64,000 bases of DNA from an uncultured Nitrospiraceae bacterium. GTDB taxonomy: Bacteria; Nitrospirota; UBA9217. Shown here piece after piece: positions 35,393 to 46,002 of this stretch (positions are counted from its first letter, which is position 1; each line of letters opens with the position of its first letter). The position numbers and the translations under genes were made by a program. The stretch covers positions 495,909 to 559,908 of the forward strand of contig CAYUSP010000001.1 of the NCBI GenBank assembly GCA_964447405.1, given 5' to 3'. A model generated the notes under the pieces. That model was given only the letters and a program-made list of their open reading frames with translations, searched no databases and was not told the DNA's origin.

Positions 35393-36589
35393 ATGGCTGA
35401 TCAATTTACCCTTTCTTCAATGGCAATCAGGAATTTGCGCAGACGTCCTCTGCGCACGGGCATACTGATCGCTGCCCTGTCCCTGATGGTGGCGGCGCTC
35501 GTATTTGCCCTTTCGTTCGTTTTGCGGGTAAATGCCAGCATTCAGCTGACCTCAGACCGTCTCGGCGCCGACCTCCTTATTGTGCCGACAGGCGCGCGGG
35601 GAGCAGCTGAGGATATCCTGGTCGAGAACCGCGCCACTTCGTTTTACATGAACAAGTCCTTCCTGGACCGGATCGGGAAGGTAAAGGGCATTGAAAAGGT
35701 TTCCGCGCAAACCTATCTTGTCACCTTGACGGGTTTGTGCTGTTCTGTTCCTTCATCCATGGTGGTTGCCTTTGATCAGGATACCGACTTTATCGTGACC
35801 CCATGGCTCAAGAACAAACTGGGGAGAAAACTCAAGAAAGGCGAGGCAGTCGTTGGCAGCGAGTCTGCTTACAACATCAGCCTGGGGCTTGTGGATGTGG
35901 AAGGCATGCTGTTCGGCAGCGTGTTCAAAATGGTTGGCGTACTCGACAAAACAGGGTCAGGGCTGGACACTGCTGTGTTCGTCAGCGACGAAAATATCCG
36001 TGAACTCATCGATAACAGCAAAGCGGACATCAAGCCCGATCAGATTTCGGTGATCTTTGCGAAAATCGGCAAGGGTGTGGACGCTTACAAGGTCATGTCG
36101 GATATAGAAGGCACGATGATCGAAGTTGATGTCGTCATGCGCAAAGACATCGGCAAAAGCCTGCTCACCACGCTGGAAGATATCAGAAAAATCTTCTACC
36201 TCACCATGGCGCTCGCGACTCTGCTTTCCCTGTTTCTTGTCTGGGCTATTTTTACCGCCATCGCGAATGAACGGACCCGTGAAGTGGGCATCATGCGAGC
36301 GCTCGGAGCAAAGGAAAGGCATGTGGTAAGCCTCTTTCTGTTCGAGGTCCTGGTGCTGGGAGCGATCGGGAGTATCGTGGGGATTCTTGCCGGAACATCG
36401 CTGACGTTCTTGATGGCTAAGAGCTTCTCGATACTGAAAAACCTTCCGGTTGACCTGAGTCTGACAGCTCGCATCGTCATTTCCCTGTCCGGTCTGCTCT
36501 TTGGTACTGGTATCTGCGTCCTGGGAGCTCTTTCCCCGGTACAAAGACTTAAGAAACTGGAGCCGTTGCTAGTTCTCAAACAGGAGTGA
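35393..36589 (+). CDS. ABC transporter permease, FtsX/MacB/LolCE family
   Basis: One N-terminal TM helix, a large periplasmic domain, then 3 C-terminal TM helices with ANERTREVGIMRALGA. Confidence 0.85.
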   Translation: MADQFTLSSMAIRNLRRRPLRTGILIAALSLMVAALVFALSFVLRVNASIQLTSDRLGADLLIVPTGARGAAEDILVENRATSFYMNKSFLDRIGKVKGIEKVSAQTYLVTLTGLCCSVPSSMVVAFDQDTDFIVTPWLKNKLGRKLKKGEAVVGSESAYNISLGLVDVEGMLFGSVFKMVGVLDKTGSGLDTAVFVSDENIRELIDNSKADIKPDQISVIFAKIGKGVDAYKVMSDIEGTMIEVDVVMRKDIGKSLLTTLEDIRKIFYLTMALATLLSLFLVWAIFTAIANERTREVGIMRALGAKERHVVSLFLFEVLVLGAIGSIVGILAGTSLTFLMAKSFSILKNLPVDLSLTARIVISLSGLLFGTGICVLGALSPVQRLKKLEPLLVLKQE

Positions 36590-36592
36590 TAC

Positions 36593-37273
36593 GTGTCCCG
36601 TATAGCACTGAACGCTGTGACCAAAACCTATAGTGTCGGAGACCAAATCATCCGCGCGGTCAGTGATGTGACCCTGGAGATCAATAAGGGTGATTTTATC
36701 TCCATTGTCGGGCATTCTGGTTCTGGAAAAACGACGCTGCTCTCCATGATCGGAGGCATCACCAGCCCGTCGTCTGGATCGATATTGTTTGATGGCGTGG
36801 ACCTCTCCGCGCTCGGGAGCGACCAGCTTTCCGAATACCGCAGCCGCAAGATAGGCTTCATGTTCCAGTTTGCCAGCCTGCTTCCCATGCTGACAGTCCA
36901 GGAAAATCTTATGCTTCCAACGGCATTCACGGAACAGCCCGAGTTGCTGGAAAAGGCAGGGGAAAAGGCGGCTGAACTCCTGAAACTGGTTGGCCTGGCT
37001 GATAAGATCGGCCACTTCCCCCCTCAACTCTCCGGCGGCCAGCAGCGGCGCGTGGCCATAGCTCGCGCATTCATCAATGATCCCGTTATAATTCTGGCGG
37101 ATGAGCCGACCGGCGATCTGGATGAGGATACGGAAATGGACATGATGAATTTTATAAAGACCATGAACAATGCATATCAGACAACGTTCATCATGGTCAC
37201 TCATAATACCGATCTCGCAAAAAAGGCGCAGCGCAGGCTTCGGATGACGCAGGGTCTGCTTCAGGAACAGTAA
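36593..37273 (+). CDS. ABC transporter ATP-binding protein (LolD/MacB-like)
   Basis: [24 protein letters not shown] and [11 protein letters not shown] are present. Confidence 0.9.
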   Translation: MSRIALNAVTKTYSVGDQIIRAVSDVTLEINKGDFISIVGHSGSGKTTLLSMIGGITSPSSGSILFDGVDLSALGSDQLSEYRSRKIGFMFQFASLLPMLTVQENLMLPTAFTEQPELLEKAGEKAAELLKLVGLADKIGHFPPQLSGGQQRRVAIARAFINDPVIILADEPTGDLDEDTEMDMMNFIKTMNNAYQTTFIMVTHNTDLAKKAQRRLRMTQGLLQEQ

Positions 37274-37436
37274 TTCCGCACTAGTCCTGTTTTTGTTACA
37301 TCTCGAACATTCTTCCTCCTCCAGAAATACCAATCCGCAATTGACATCCACAGCATAACAGTTTACATTATCCCTGATATGCAGAAACGCTCCGGCAGGT
37401 TGTATCTGACCGGTCGGCGTTCACAGGCGATATCTC

Positions 37437-40037
37437 ATGAGAAAAAATAACCAGGAACAAAGGATCATCCACTATTCGATCGCTGGCGGTCTGCTGTTTT
37501 GGGTAATCGACGCCTTCATGGATTCTGCCGTCTTCAGAAGTGGTTCCTTTCTGGATTCACTTATCCTGAAACCCTCCGCGCATGAGCTGTATTTTCGCAT
37601 ACTCTTCTTCGTCGGTTTTGTCGCATTCGGGATCGTTGTATCAAGAATCATGGCGAAGCGCCGACAGGTTGAGGAACGGTATGAGAATCTCGTTGAATTA
37701 TCCGCGGACATAATATATATCGCTGGCACAGACGGGAAAATACAGTATTTGAACGATGCCGGATGCCGCACTCTTGGATTGAAGACTGATGAGGCAGCAG
37801 GAAAACCGTTGCTTGACGTTATTCACCCCGATGACAGACAGCGAGCTGCAGAACAGTTGACCAGAATGCTCGCAGACGGAAAAGACTCATTCAACTGTGA
37901 AAAGAGATTTGTCAGCAAAACCGGAGCAACCTTTAGTGTATTAGGCAGTATCCGCGTGCTCAGGGATGCTATGGGGGTGGTCATCGGTACGCAGAGTATT
38001 TGTCGGGATGTAACCGAACAGAAACGGAGCGAGGAACTGCTGCAAAAGGCACTCCATCTTTCGGAAAACGAAAAAGCCCGGTCAATGTCCATTCTGTCCG
38101 CGATCGGCGACGGTATTAGTATTCAAAACACTGACTTTAAAATCGTGTATCAGAATCAGATCCATAAAAAACTGAGCAGTGGAGACTGTCTTGGTCAAAC
38201 GTGTTATCAGGCGTATGCGCATAGAGAGGATGTTTGCCCCGAATGTCCCGTGGCCGAGTCGTTCAAAGATGGGGAGATCCATACTCATCAAAAGATCATT
38301 CAGACCAACGGAGAAACGCGCGTACTCGAAATCAAAGCTTCACCCTTAAGGGATGCCGATGGGACGATAGTGGCGGGCATTGAGGCTGTCCGCGACATCA
38401 CTGCCCGTAAAAAAGCGGATGAAAAACTGAAGCTGTTTTCCGAGGCGATTGAAGCGGCTACGGACGGAATTCAGATTGTTGATCTGGATGGGGCAATTGT
38501 TTATTCCAACAAGGCGGTTCATGCTATTTACGGTTATTCACCGGAAGAACTTGCGGGGCGGCATGTCAATGACATGAACGTGGACAAGGAATTCGCCGGG
38601 CGGGTCATTCTTCCCGCCATCCAGGATACCGGGCATTGGAACGGTGAATTGACCGTCATTCACAAGGAGGGGAAGACCTTCCCCATATGGCTTTCAACGT
38701 CCATGGTCAGGGACGATACCGGATCACCCATCGCCATGATCGGGATTATCCGGGACGTTTCCGAACGGAAACAGGCAGAGGACATACTCAAACGCCACCA
38801 TGAACAGCTCATGAGGCTCGTCGAAGAGCGTACGCGTGAGCTTTCGACTGCTAATGAAAAGCTCCGTAGAGAAATCGCGGACCGTGAAAAGATGGAAACG
38901 GAGCTGCTGAAAGCACAGAAACTCGAATCGCTCGGCATTCTCGCCGGCGGCATTGCGCACGATTTCAATAATCTGCTCGCCGCGATCATGGGGAACATTT
39001 CCCTTGCAATGCTGGATCTGAACCCGGAGGCGGGAGTGTACGGTCAATTGGAGGCTGCTGAAAAAGCATCTCTCCGGGCGCAGGACCTGACACAGCAACT
39101 GCTGACTTTTTCCAAGGGGGGTTCACCGGTCAAAAAAACCCTATCCGTCAAGGACCTGATTGAGGAGGCAGCCGCATTTGCCCTCAGAGGCTCGCGGGTA
39201 AGCTATGATTTTCATTTCGATGAGCAGCTCTGGCGGGTCGAAGCTGATTTCGGGCAAATCAGCCAGGTCATTCATAACCTCGTCATCAATGCTGACCACG
39301 CCATGCCCGAGGGCGGCATGATAATGATTACCTGCGAGAATTCGACAATTACGGACTCCACGGGAATTCCGCTGCGGCTTGGCGATTATGTGAAGATCAG
39401 CGTGCAGGACCATGGTGTCGGGATTACCAAGGAACACCTTGCGAAGATTTTCGATCCCTATTTCACCACAAAGCAAAAGGGTAGCGGCCTCGGTCTGGCA
39501 ACATGCTACTCCATTATCAGGAAGCATGGAGGTCATATATCCGCCGTTTCAGAACTGGGGAAGAGCACTACCTTCACGCTCTATCTACCCGCATCAATGA
39601 AGCGGGAAATGCCGGAAAAAAAGACTGAGGGAATGCAGCTAAGGACCGGCACGGGGAAGATCCTGCTTATGGACGACGAGCAGAATGTGCGCCAGACAAC
39701 AGGTGCAGTGCTTGCGCGGCTCGGGTATACCGTTGAATTCGCGGAGGATGGCGTACAGGCTATTGAACACTATCAGCATGCGCGTGAAGCCGGCGCTCCC
39801 TTTGACGCAGTCATCATGGACCTTACCATTCCGGGAGGAATGGGAGGGAAAGATGCTGTGCAAAAGCTGCTTCAGATTGATCCGGACCTCAAGGCGATCG
39901 TATCGAGCGGCTATTCAAATGATCCTATCATGGCGGAATACAGCAAGTATGGTTTTCGCGGTGTTGTTGCCAAACCCTACCGGATCAATGATCTGGGAGA
40001 AACATTGCAGAAGGTGCTGCGGAAAAGTCCTGTTTAA
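37437..40037 (+). CDS. Hybrid sensor histidine kinase/response regulator with multiple PAS domains
   Basis: An N-terminal TM region, 3-4 PAS domains, H-box AHDFNNLL, an HATPase domain and a C-terminal REC domain (MDLTIPGG). Confidence 0.85.
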   Translation: MRKNNQEQRIIHYSIAGGLLFWVIDAFMDSAVFRSGSFLDSLILKPSAHELYFRILFFVGFVAFGIVVSRIMAKRRQVEERYENLVELSADIIYIAGTDGKIQYLNDAGCRTLGLKTDEAAGKPLLDVIHPDDRQRAAEQLTRMLADGKDSFNCEKRFVSKTGATFSVLGSIRVLRDAMGVVIGTQSICRDVTEQKRSEELLQKALHLSENEKARSMSILSAIGDGISIQNTDFKIVYQNQIHKKLSSGDCLGQTCYQAYAHREDVCPECPVAESFKDGEIHTHQKIIQTNGETRVLEIKASPLRDADGTIVAGIEAVRDITARKKADEKLKLFSEAIEAATDGIQIVDLDGAIVYSNKAVHAIYGYSPEELAGRHVNDMNVDKEFAGRVILPAIQDTGHWNGELTVIHKEGKTFPIWLSTSMVRDDTGSPIAMIGIIRDVSERKQAEDILKRHHEQLMRLVEERTRELSTANEKLRREIADREKMETELLKAQKLESLGILAGGIAHDFNNLLAAIMGNISLAMLDLNPEAGVYGQLEAAEKASLRAQDLTQQLLTFSKGGSPVKKTLSVKDLIEEAAAFALRGSRVSYDFHFDEQLWRVEADFGQISQVIHNLVINADHAMPEGGMIMITCENSTITDSTGIPLRLGDYVKISVQDHGVGITKEHLAKIFDPYFTTKQKGSGLGLATCYSIIRKHGGHISAVSELGKSTTFTLYLPASMKREMPEKKTEGMQLRTGTGKILLMDDEQNVRQTTGAVLARLGYTVEFAEDGVQAIEHYQHAREAGAPFDAVIMDLTIPGGMGGKDAVQKLLQIDPDLKAIVSSGYSNDPIMAEYSKYGFRGVVAKPYRINDLGETLQKVLRKSPV

Positions 40038-40050
40038 AACTTCATCCAAA

Positions 40051-40092
40051 AAAAAAGGCACTTGGCGTTTGCCAGTGCCCTTTTTTTATAAC
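40051..40092. terminator. Bidirectional rho-independent terminator (convergent HK / mltD)
   Basis: An A-run, then ggcacttggc-gttt-gccagtgcc, then a T-run. Confidence 0.65.
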
Positions 40093-40097
40093 TGGCG

Positions 40098-41438
40098 CTA
40101 TATAAGATCAGTATCTACGATCAGCTTGATCTTCTGTCCGACGCGAACTGAAGTGTTGATTCCTGTGTTCCATTCCCGAATATTGGCGACCGTAACGTTG
40201 TGTTTTTTCGCGATCCGCTGGAGTGTTTCGCCGCGTCTAACCCGGTATAGAATTTGCTGCTGCCTGACGGCCTGCTGGGCCGTAGTTAAATAGTTCAGGT
40301 TGCGATCCTTCCCATTCAGGTCGATAGGAATGAGTATGTGCCTGCCTGGATCCAGTCTGCTGTTTCTGATACGGTTTATATCACGGATGGATTCGATCGT
40401 GGTGTTGTAGTGTTTTGCGAGCGATGCAAGGGAATCGCCTTTTTTAACCTCGTGTCGTTCCCAACGGATCTTCTGCTCCGGCGGTATGGCAGTATAATTG
40501 GCAAGAAAAATATCCTTCCTTCCAGCCGGAATCCTGAGCGTGTAGTTGGTGAAGTGGGGCGGTGTTACCCAACGTTTCAGTTCAGGATTCAGATCTTTGA
40601 TCTCCTGATAGGTGCACTCGACGCACTTTGCCACAAGGCGCAGATCGATACATTCTTCTATCGCGACCACATCATAAGTAAAAGGTTCGATTTTTGAAGA
40701 AATGAACCCGTACGCTTCCGGATTTTTAGCAATGATGGTGGCAGCCATGTACTTCGGGACATAGTTCTTGGTCTCTTTGCGGATAAACCGCGATGCTTTC
40801 AGGTCCCAGAAGTCATCCGAGCGTGTTCTGAGAACAGCACGCTGTACCTTGCCAGCGCCGGCATTGTATGACGCAAGGGCAAGGGGCCAGGAGCCAAACA
40901 GATTATGCAAGTCTTTAAGATGTTCTGCGGCAGCCATCGTGGATTTAATAGGATCCTTCCGTTCATCGATCCACCAATCAATCTTAAGGCCATAGAGTTT
41001 TCCGGTCGCCGGCATGAATTGCCAGGGTCCTACTGCGCGAGCCCAGGAAACTGCATAGGGATTGAAACCGCTTTCTATCATCGCAATATATACGAGATCC
41101 TCGGGAAGGTTCTTTTCCCGGAAGATATCCTTCATAAGGGGGATGTATCGCGCAGAACGGTCGAGCCAAATCTGGAAAACATCGCGGCCGCGAGTCTTAA
41201 AATATTCAAGATGATTTTCCACGCTGTCGTTCAGAATCATCGGAATATGGTAGAGTTTAGCATCATCTATGTCATCGATGAGTTCCTCGAGCTGAGCGAC
41301 ATCATCTGAAGGCGGCTTCAACTGGGAAGGAATTATACCAGTACTGTGCTGGGGGAGCGGTTCTGCGATTGTTGAAGGTGGCAGGAAGGCCGCAACACAG
41401 CCTCCTATAAGAAGAAAATGCAATAAACTACGTTTCAT
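40098..41438 (-). CDS. mltD: Membrane-bound lytic murein transglycosylase D-like (SLT domain + C-terminal LysM repeats)
   Basis: The signal peptide is followed by the SLT motif MIESGFNPYAVSWARAVGPWQFMP, then LysM repeats (GDSLASLAKHYNTT, GETLQRIAKKHNVT, GDSLASIAKHYNTTIDSI). Confidence 0.8.
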   Translation of the reverse strand: MKRSLLHFLLIGGCVAAFLPPSTIAEPLPQHSTGIIPSQLKPPSDDVAQLEELIDDIDDAKLYHIPMILNDSVENHLEYFKTRGRDVFQIWLDRSARYIPLMKDIFREKNLPEDLVYIAMIESGFNPYAVSWARAVGPWQFMPATGKLYGLKIDWWIDERKDPIKSTMAAAEHLKDLHNLFGSWPLALASYNAGAGKVQRAVLRTRSDDFWDLKASRFIRKETKNYVPKYMAATIIAKNPEAYGFISSKIEPFTYDVVAIEECIDLRLVAKCVECTYQEIKDLNPELKRWVTPPHFTNYTLRIPAGRKDIFLANYTAIPPEQKIRWERHEVKKGDSLASLAKHYNTTIESIRDINRIRNSRLDPGRHILIPIDLNGKDRNLNYLTTAQQAVRQQQILYRVRRGETLQRIAKKHNVTVANIREWNTGINTSVRVGQKIKLIVDTDLI

Positions 41439-41625
41439 CGAACCTCCTCATCTTCCTTAAAAATAACTCATTTTCGTCCTTGTGTCAAGAAATATGAGAT
41501 AAAACTATAATTACTTGTCCATTGAAAAGCATCATCACTGTATTTGAAAAAGACCCATTCAGGACAGCAAGTCATGCCATAATTACACTTGTAATCGTCC
41601 TTTCTGTTCTGTATCATTTGAAACT

Positions 41626-42381
41626 ATGAAGAGCGCGCGTGTTCATGAAGTTTTTACATCCCTACAAGGAGAAGGCCCCTGGGTCGGCGAACGACAGATA
41701 TTTGTCCGTTTTTCAGGTTGTGATATCCGTTGCCGATACTGCGACACAGGCGATGCCCTGGTCCATAAAAATAAAGAACACCAATCCCATGATTGCAGTG
41801 TGCAGATCGGGATTGACACCATGGACAGGGAATCAGTGCCGAACCCTGTTTCGTTATCCAGCCTTACGTCTTATTGCGCACGATTGATAGCACCCGGACC
41901 ATCGCGTCCCACGATCAGCCTGACGGGGGGAGAGCCTTTGCTGCAGATTGATTTTCTGGAGGAATGGCTCACTGAGGTCGGAAGCAAGTACCGCATCTAT
42001 CTTGAAACGAGCGGCATCCATTATGAGCACATGCGCAGGATCAGGGAACTTGTTGATGTCGTAAGTCTTGATTTTAAATTGCCATCTGCCACAGGGCTTC
42101 GGTCTTTTTGGCAGGAGCATGCCGAGTTCCTTTCAGCGGCGAAAGGCAAGATGCTGTATGTGAAAGCGGTTGTTACCAACGATACGACGATGGAAGACAT
42201 TATGGAGGCTGCTCGACTCATCTCCCGTTTCGAACCACGCACCTTATTCGTCCTGCAGCCCGCTGGTGCACCTTTGTCTCCTGCGTCGCATCTTCTGATT
42301 GCATTGCAGACTGCCGCCCTCGGCCTGCTCGAGGAGGTGCGTGTCATTCCCCAGGTGCATACCATACTGCAAGTACCCTGA
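41626..42381 (+). CDS. queE: Radical SAM protein, QueE-like (7-carboxy-7-deazaguanine synthase family)
   Basis: The N-terminus FTSLQGEGPWVGERQIFVRFSGCDIRCRYCDT is typical of QueE and activase-like radical SAM proteins. Confidence 0.5.
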   Translation: MKSARVHEVFTSLQGEGPWVGERQIFVRFSGCDIRCRYCDTGDALVHKNKEHQSHDCSVQIGIDTMDRESVPNPVSLSSLTSYCARLIAPGPSRPTISLTGGEPLLQIDFLEEWLTEVGSKYRIYLETSGIHYEHMRRIRELVDVVSLDFKLPSATGLRSFWQEHAEFLSAAKGKMLYVKAVVTNDTTMEDIMEAARLISRFEPRTLFVLQPAGAPLSPASHLLIALQTAALGLLEEVRVIPQVHTILQVP

Positions 42382-42541
42382 TAGAGGCTATCCGTCGCAG
42401 AATAATGATTCTTTAATCGATCGGCAGATTTAGCAGGCTTTTAAACGTGATTATTCACCCGATGTGAAAGGCAACGCGTGAAAATTCCCTTTACAGATAT
42501 GGGAGTTTCGAGTAGTATTTCCTTACACGAGGCGAACACTC

Positions 42542-44476
42542 ATGACTAAGAAAATCGTAATATCCCTTCTCATATCCCTTCTCATGTTCGCGGTCACCAT
42601 CACCCTCCAGTACTTCGGCATGTTTGAAAAACCGGAACACTACGCGTATGATCTACAGGCAAAGCTGCTTCGTTCAGACAAGTCAACCAACAGCCAGCTT
42701 AAAGTCATTCTCGTGGATGAGGCGTCGCTCAAGTCCATGGCGGACATTGCAGGCAGGTGGCCCTGGCCGCGAGCGATCTGGGCAGATCTGCTTGATTTTC
42801 TCTCCATGGGCGGGGCCAAAGCGGTCCTCTTTGATATTGTGTATCTTGAGCGGCAGGATGAACTGAATGACAAGGCACTAATCGATGCGACGGCTGCTGC
42901 GCAGAATGTGTATCACAGCATGATGATAAACCGTGAGGACCCTGAGAAGGATTTGTCGGGAAATACCGGCCTGAACCGGCCTCTGCCGCGGGAATTTGTC
43001 AAACGCTTCGCATTGAAAAATGTGAGCGGTAATCTTCAGGTCAGTCCAAACACTTCGTACAATGATTATTCGCTGCCTATTCCCGGACTCGCAGAAGCAT
43101 CCCGCGGCATGACCGTGGTTGAATTCTCGCCGGACATTGACGGCGTTTTCAGGAGGACCAGGCCACTCCGGGAGTATGGTGGGAGTTATTTCCCCGTGCT
43201 CGGCCTTGGTCCGCTCCTGCGCCCGGGTTCTGCTATCACCATTACCAATGATTCAATTTCCATCGATGGAAAGACCATTCCGGTGGACGAGAATGGAAAT
43301 TGCATCATCAACATGTACGGCATCGATAAGGTTGACACTTATTCCATGAGCGGAATCTTCGCATCGCTTCAGAAGATCCGAAAAGGCGAAATTGAAGACA
43401 TCCTGGTGAATCCCGAGGTTTTCAAGGACAGCATCGTCTTCATCGGAGCAAGTGCTGTTGGGACTGCGGACCTGAAAGCCATCCCTTTATCGCGGAGCGC
43501 ACCCGGTGTGATGCTCCACATTTTTCTTGCAAACAACTACCTGAACAATGATTTCATGAAACCGGCGGACAAGCGGCTGACGTTTTTTTCTATCCTCATC
43601 GGTGTATTCCTGACGACTTGGGCCGTGATGTTCAATAAACGCCTCGTCATAAGGGCAATTTTCCCCATGCTTCTGCTGACGCTGTACATGGGATTTGCAT
43701 TGTTTTCATTCAAATCGAACGCCCTCGTGGACATGACGCCTTTTATCTATGCCACCATGTCAACCGGTTTTCTCTCCTTCGGCTATCTTACTTTCACAGA
43801 AGCTGCTGAAAAGCGCCGGGTTTCCCATCTCTTCACCCAATACGTGTCCAAAGACGTCCTGAACGAAGTGTTAACCAATTATAAGGAATATTTAAAATCG
43901 AGCGCCGGGCAAAAGGTCGAGCTTACCGTGCTGTTTTCTGATATCCGAGGTTTCACGACAATGTCGGAGACAACCCCCCCGGAAAAGATTGTTGAAATGC
44001 TGAATGTCCATTTTACAGTCATGGCCGATATCATCCTGAAACACAACGGAACGATCGACAAGTATATCGGGGACGCGATCATGGCATTCTGGGGAGCGCC
44101 CGTCAAAACGTCCGATCATGCAGAACAGGCCGTGCTGGCGGGTGTGGAAATGCTGGAAGGATTGAAACAGGTCAACGCGACGCTGCAAGAGCTGGGATTT
44201 GCCCATGAAGTGAAGATCGGCATCGGTATTAACACCGGTGTGGCTACGATCGGGAACATCGGTTCGGAACTTAAAAAGAATTATACCGTGGTAGGCGACA
44301 CGGTGAACCTGTCTTCCCGTCTGGAAAGCATTACCAAAGAATATAAAACACCGCTCTTGTTCTCGGAATACACCTATGAAAAGGTCAAGGACAAGATGAA
44401 CTGTACGCTGATAGGAAATGTCAAAGTGAAGGGAAGGGAACAGCCGGTCCATATTTATACGATCGAGAAAGTTTGA
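42542..44476 (+). CDS. CHASE2-sensor class III adenylate/guanylate cyclase
   Basis: An N-terminal TM helix, a CHASE2 periplasmic region and multiple further TM helices. The C-terminal cyclase has FSDIRGFT and IGDAIMAFWGAP. Confidence 0.85.
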   Translation: MTKKIVISLLISLLMFAVTITLQYFGMFEKPEHYAYDLQAKLLRSDKSTNSQLKVILVDEASLKSMADIAGRWPWPRAIWADLLDFLSMGGAKAVLFDIVYLERQDELNDKALIDATAAAQNVYHSMMINREDPEKDLSGNTGLNRPLPREFVKRFALKNVSGNLQVSPNTSYNDYSLPIPGLAEASRGMTVVEFSPDIDGVFRRTRPLREYGGSYFPVLGLGPLLRPGSAITITNDSISIDGKTIPVDENGNCIINMYGIDKVDTYSMSGIFASLQKIRKGEIEDILVNPEVFKDSIVFIGASAVGTADLKAIPLSRSAPGVMLHIFLANNYLNNDFMKPADKRLTFFSILIGVFLTTWAVMFNKRLVIRAIFPMLLLTLYMGFALFSFKSNALVDMTPFIYATMSTGFLSFGYLTFTEAAEKRRVSHLFTQYVSKDVLNEVLTNYKEYLKSSAGQKVELTVLFSDIRGFTTMSETTPPEKIVEMLNVHFTVMADIILKHNGTIDKYIGDAIMAFWGAPVKTSDHAEQAVLAGVEMLEGLKQVNATLQELGFAHEVKIGIGINTGVATIGNIGSELKKNYTVVGDTVNLSSRLESITKEYKTPLLFSEYTYEKVKDKMNCTLIGNVKVKGREQPVHIYTIEKV

Positions 44477-44539
44477 CGCTATCAGAATGCGAGGCGGAAA
44501 GCGCAGGACGCTCGGGAAATCGAACCAAGGAGGTGTACT

Positions 44540-45025
44540 ATGAAAAAGAAGCTGGTATTGTTGGCGATCACAATGTGTCTGTGTCTTATGTCAACGGTGA
44601 ATGCTCAGGAAACATACTATGTCCAGAGCGCAAAAGCCAAGATAATGGCAAGCCCATCTTTTAAAGCAGCAGTGCTCGGGGAGGCCTTCAAGGGATTTAA
44701 ACTTGCCGCAATCGGAAAACAAGGCATGTGGATGAAGGTCAGGTTCAATGACAAGGACGGATTCGTTTCTACGTTGCTTGTTTCGAACCGGCCTCCCATG
44801 GAGAAGGTAGGCGTTATCAAAGGGGATGATTCTGAAATAAAGCAGGGTGTCCGTCGCCGCGCGTCGTCGTATACGAGCGCTGCCGCAGCGCGTGGCCTTG
44901 CGCAGGACGATCGGCGGAGGCTTTCCCGGGAGGAAAAGAGCGATTACGAGTCTATAGAAAAAATGGAGTCCTTCACTCTGAGTGCCGAGGAAGTATCCCG
45001 CTTCATGGAGGGCAATAAACTATGA
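44540..45025 (+). CDS. Secreted SH3b-domain protein
   Basis: Signal peptide plus an SH3b-like beta domain (YVQSAKAKIMASPS…MWMKVRF). Confidence 0.5.
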   Translation: MKKKLVLLAITMCLCLMSTVNAQETYYVQSAKAKIMASPSFKAAVLGEAFKGFKLAAIGKQGMWMKVRFNDKDGFVSTLLVSNRPPMEKVGVIKGDDSEIKQGVRRRASSYTSAAAARGLAQDDRRRLSREEKSDYESIEKMESFTLSAEEVSRFMEGNKL

Positions 45026-45873
45026 AAAAGATAATCACACTTCTGGCGCTTATTGCAGCAGTCGGCATGACAGCCGGCCCCTTGGCCCTCCATGCGGCAG
45101 AAACCGAAGAACAGTTTCGTCATCGCATCTCAGCAAGCGATGAAGTTGGGTCGTCTGACATAGCTGAAGAGGTCAGATTCGGACGTGAAGTCGCCTCGCG
45201 GGTTGTCGCGCGGTTCGGACTCTACGAAAATCCCGTGATGATGAAATATGTGAACCTGGTAGGGCGCGTTCTCGTTCAAAGCACGAACCGGCCGGAAATC
45301 GAATTCCGGTTCGCTGTTCTGAACACCGACGATATCAACGCCTATGCCGCGCCGGGAGGCTATGTATTTGTTACGCGCGGTGCATTGGCAAGGATGCGTG
45401 ACGAATCGGAGCTTGCCGGCGTGCTCGCGCACGAGATCGCTCACATCGTCGAAAAGCACGTTGTTAAAGAATTGAACATTAAGGGGTCTGACCAATCGAC
45501 TGCGGCCGGTTTCGCGACGCTGATCGGCGGCACCTCCCAGTCGGCGCGCACCGCGTTCGCGCAGGCTGTGGACAAGGCCCTGGACATGCTTTTCAAAGAC
45601 GGCTATAAACGGGTGGATGAAACCCAGGCTGACAAGGACGCAGTCATGTTCAGCGCGATGGCGGGATACGATCCTTCCGGTCTTGTAAAATATTTCGAAA
45701 GGATCAGCACAAGCAAGGAAAAAAAGAACACTGAGGTCCTCGACAAGACCCATCCGGCCTATGATGTCAGGATCGCATGGATGAAAAGCACCATTACGCA
45801 GGAGGGCATGGACTCGGGCACGTATAAGATTCAGAAGGAACGATTTGCCGATGCATTGAAACAAATGAAATAA
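45022..45873 (+). CDS. M48 family zinc metallopeptidase
   Basis: Signal peptide and an HEIAHIVEKH (HExxH) motif. It overlaps the upstream gene by 4 nt. Confidence 0.75.
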   Translation: MKKIITLLALIAAVGMTAGPLALHAAETEEQFRHRISASDEVGSSDIAEEVRFGREVASRVVARFGLYENPVMMKYVNLVGRVLVQSTNRPEIEFRFAVLNTDDINAYAAPGGYVFVTRGALARMRDESELAGVLAHEIAHIVEKHVVKELNIKGSDQSTAAGFATLIGGTSQSARTAFAQAVDKALDMLFKDGYKRVDETQADKDAVMFSAMAGYDPSGLVKYFERISTSKEKKNTEVLDKTHPAYDVRIAWMKSTITQEGMDSGTYKIQKERFADALKQMK

Positions 45874-46002
45874 TAACAACATTGTAGATAAAGCGGTTTT
45901 TTGCCGCACAGAATGCTCTACACCAACCAGCAGCATCCCTGAGAAATGTATTATCGATCGCAGCATAGGCACTTCACAAAACATTGCAAGGGAGGGGGCA
46001 AT

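Noticed and set aside
36569-37351. 260-aa minus-strand ORF overlapping the ABC ATPase gene
   Set aside because: It is antisense to canonical Walker A / signature / Walker B motifs on the + strand.
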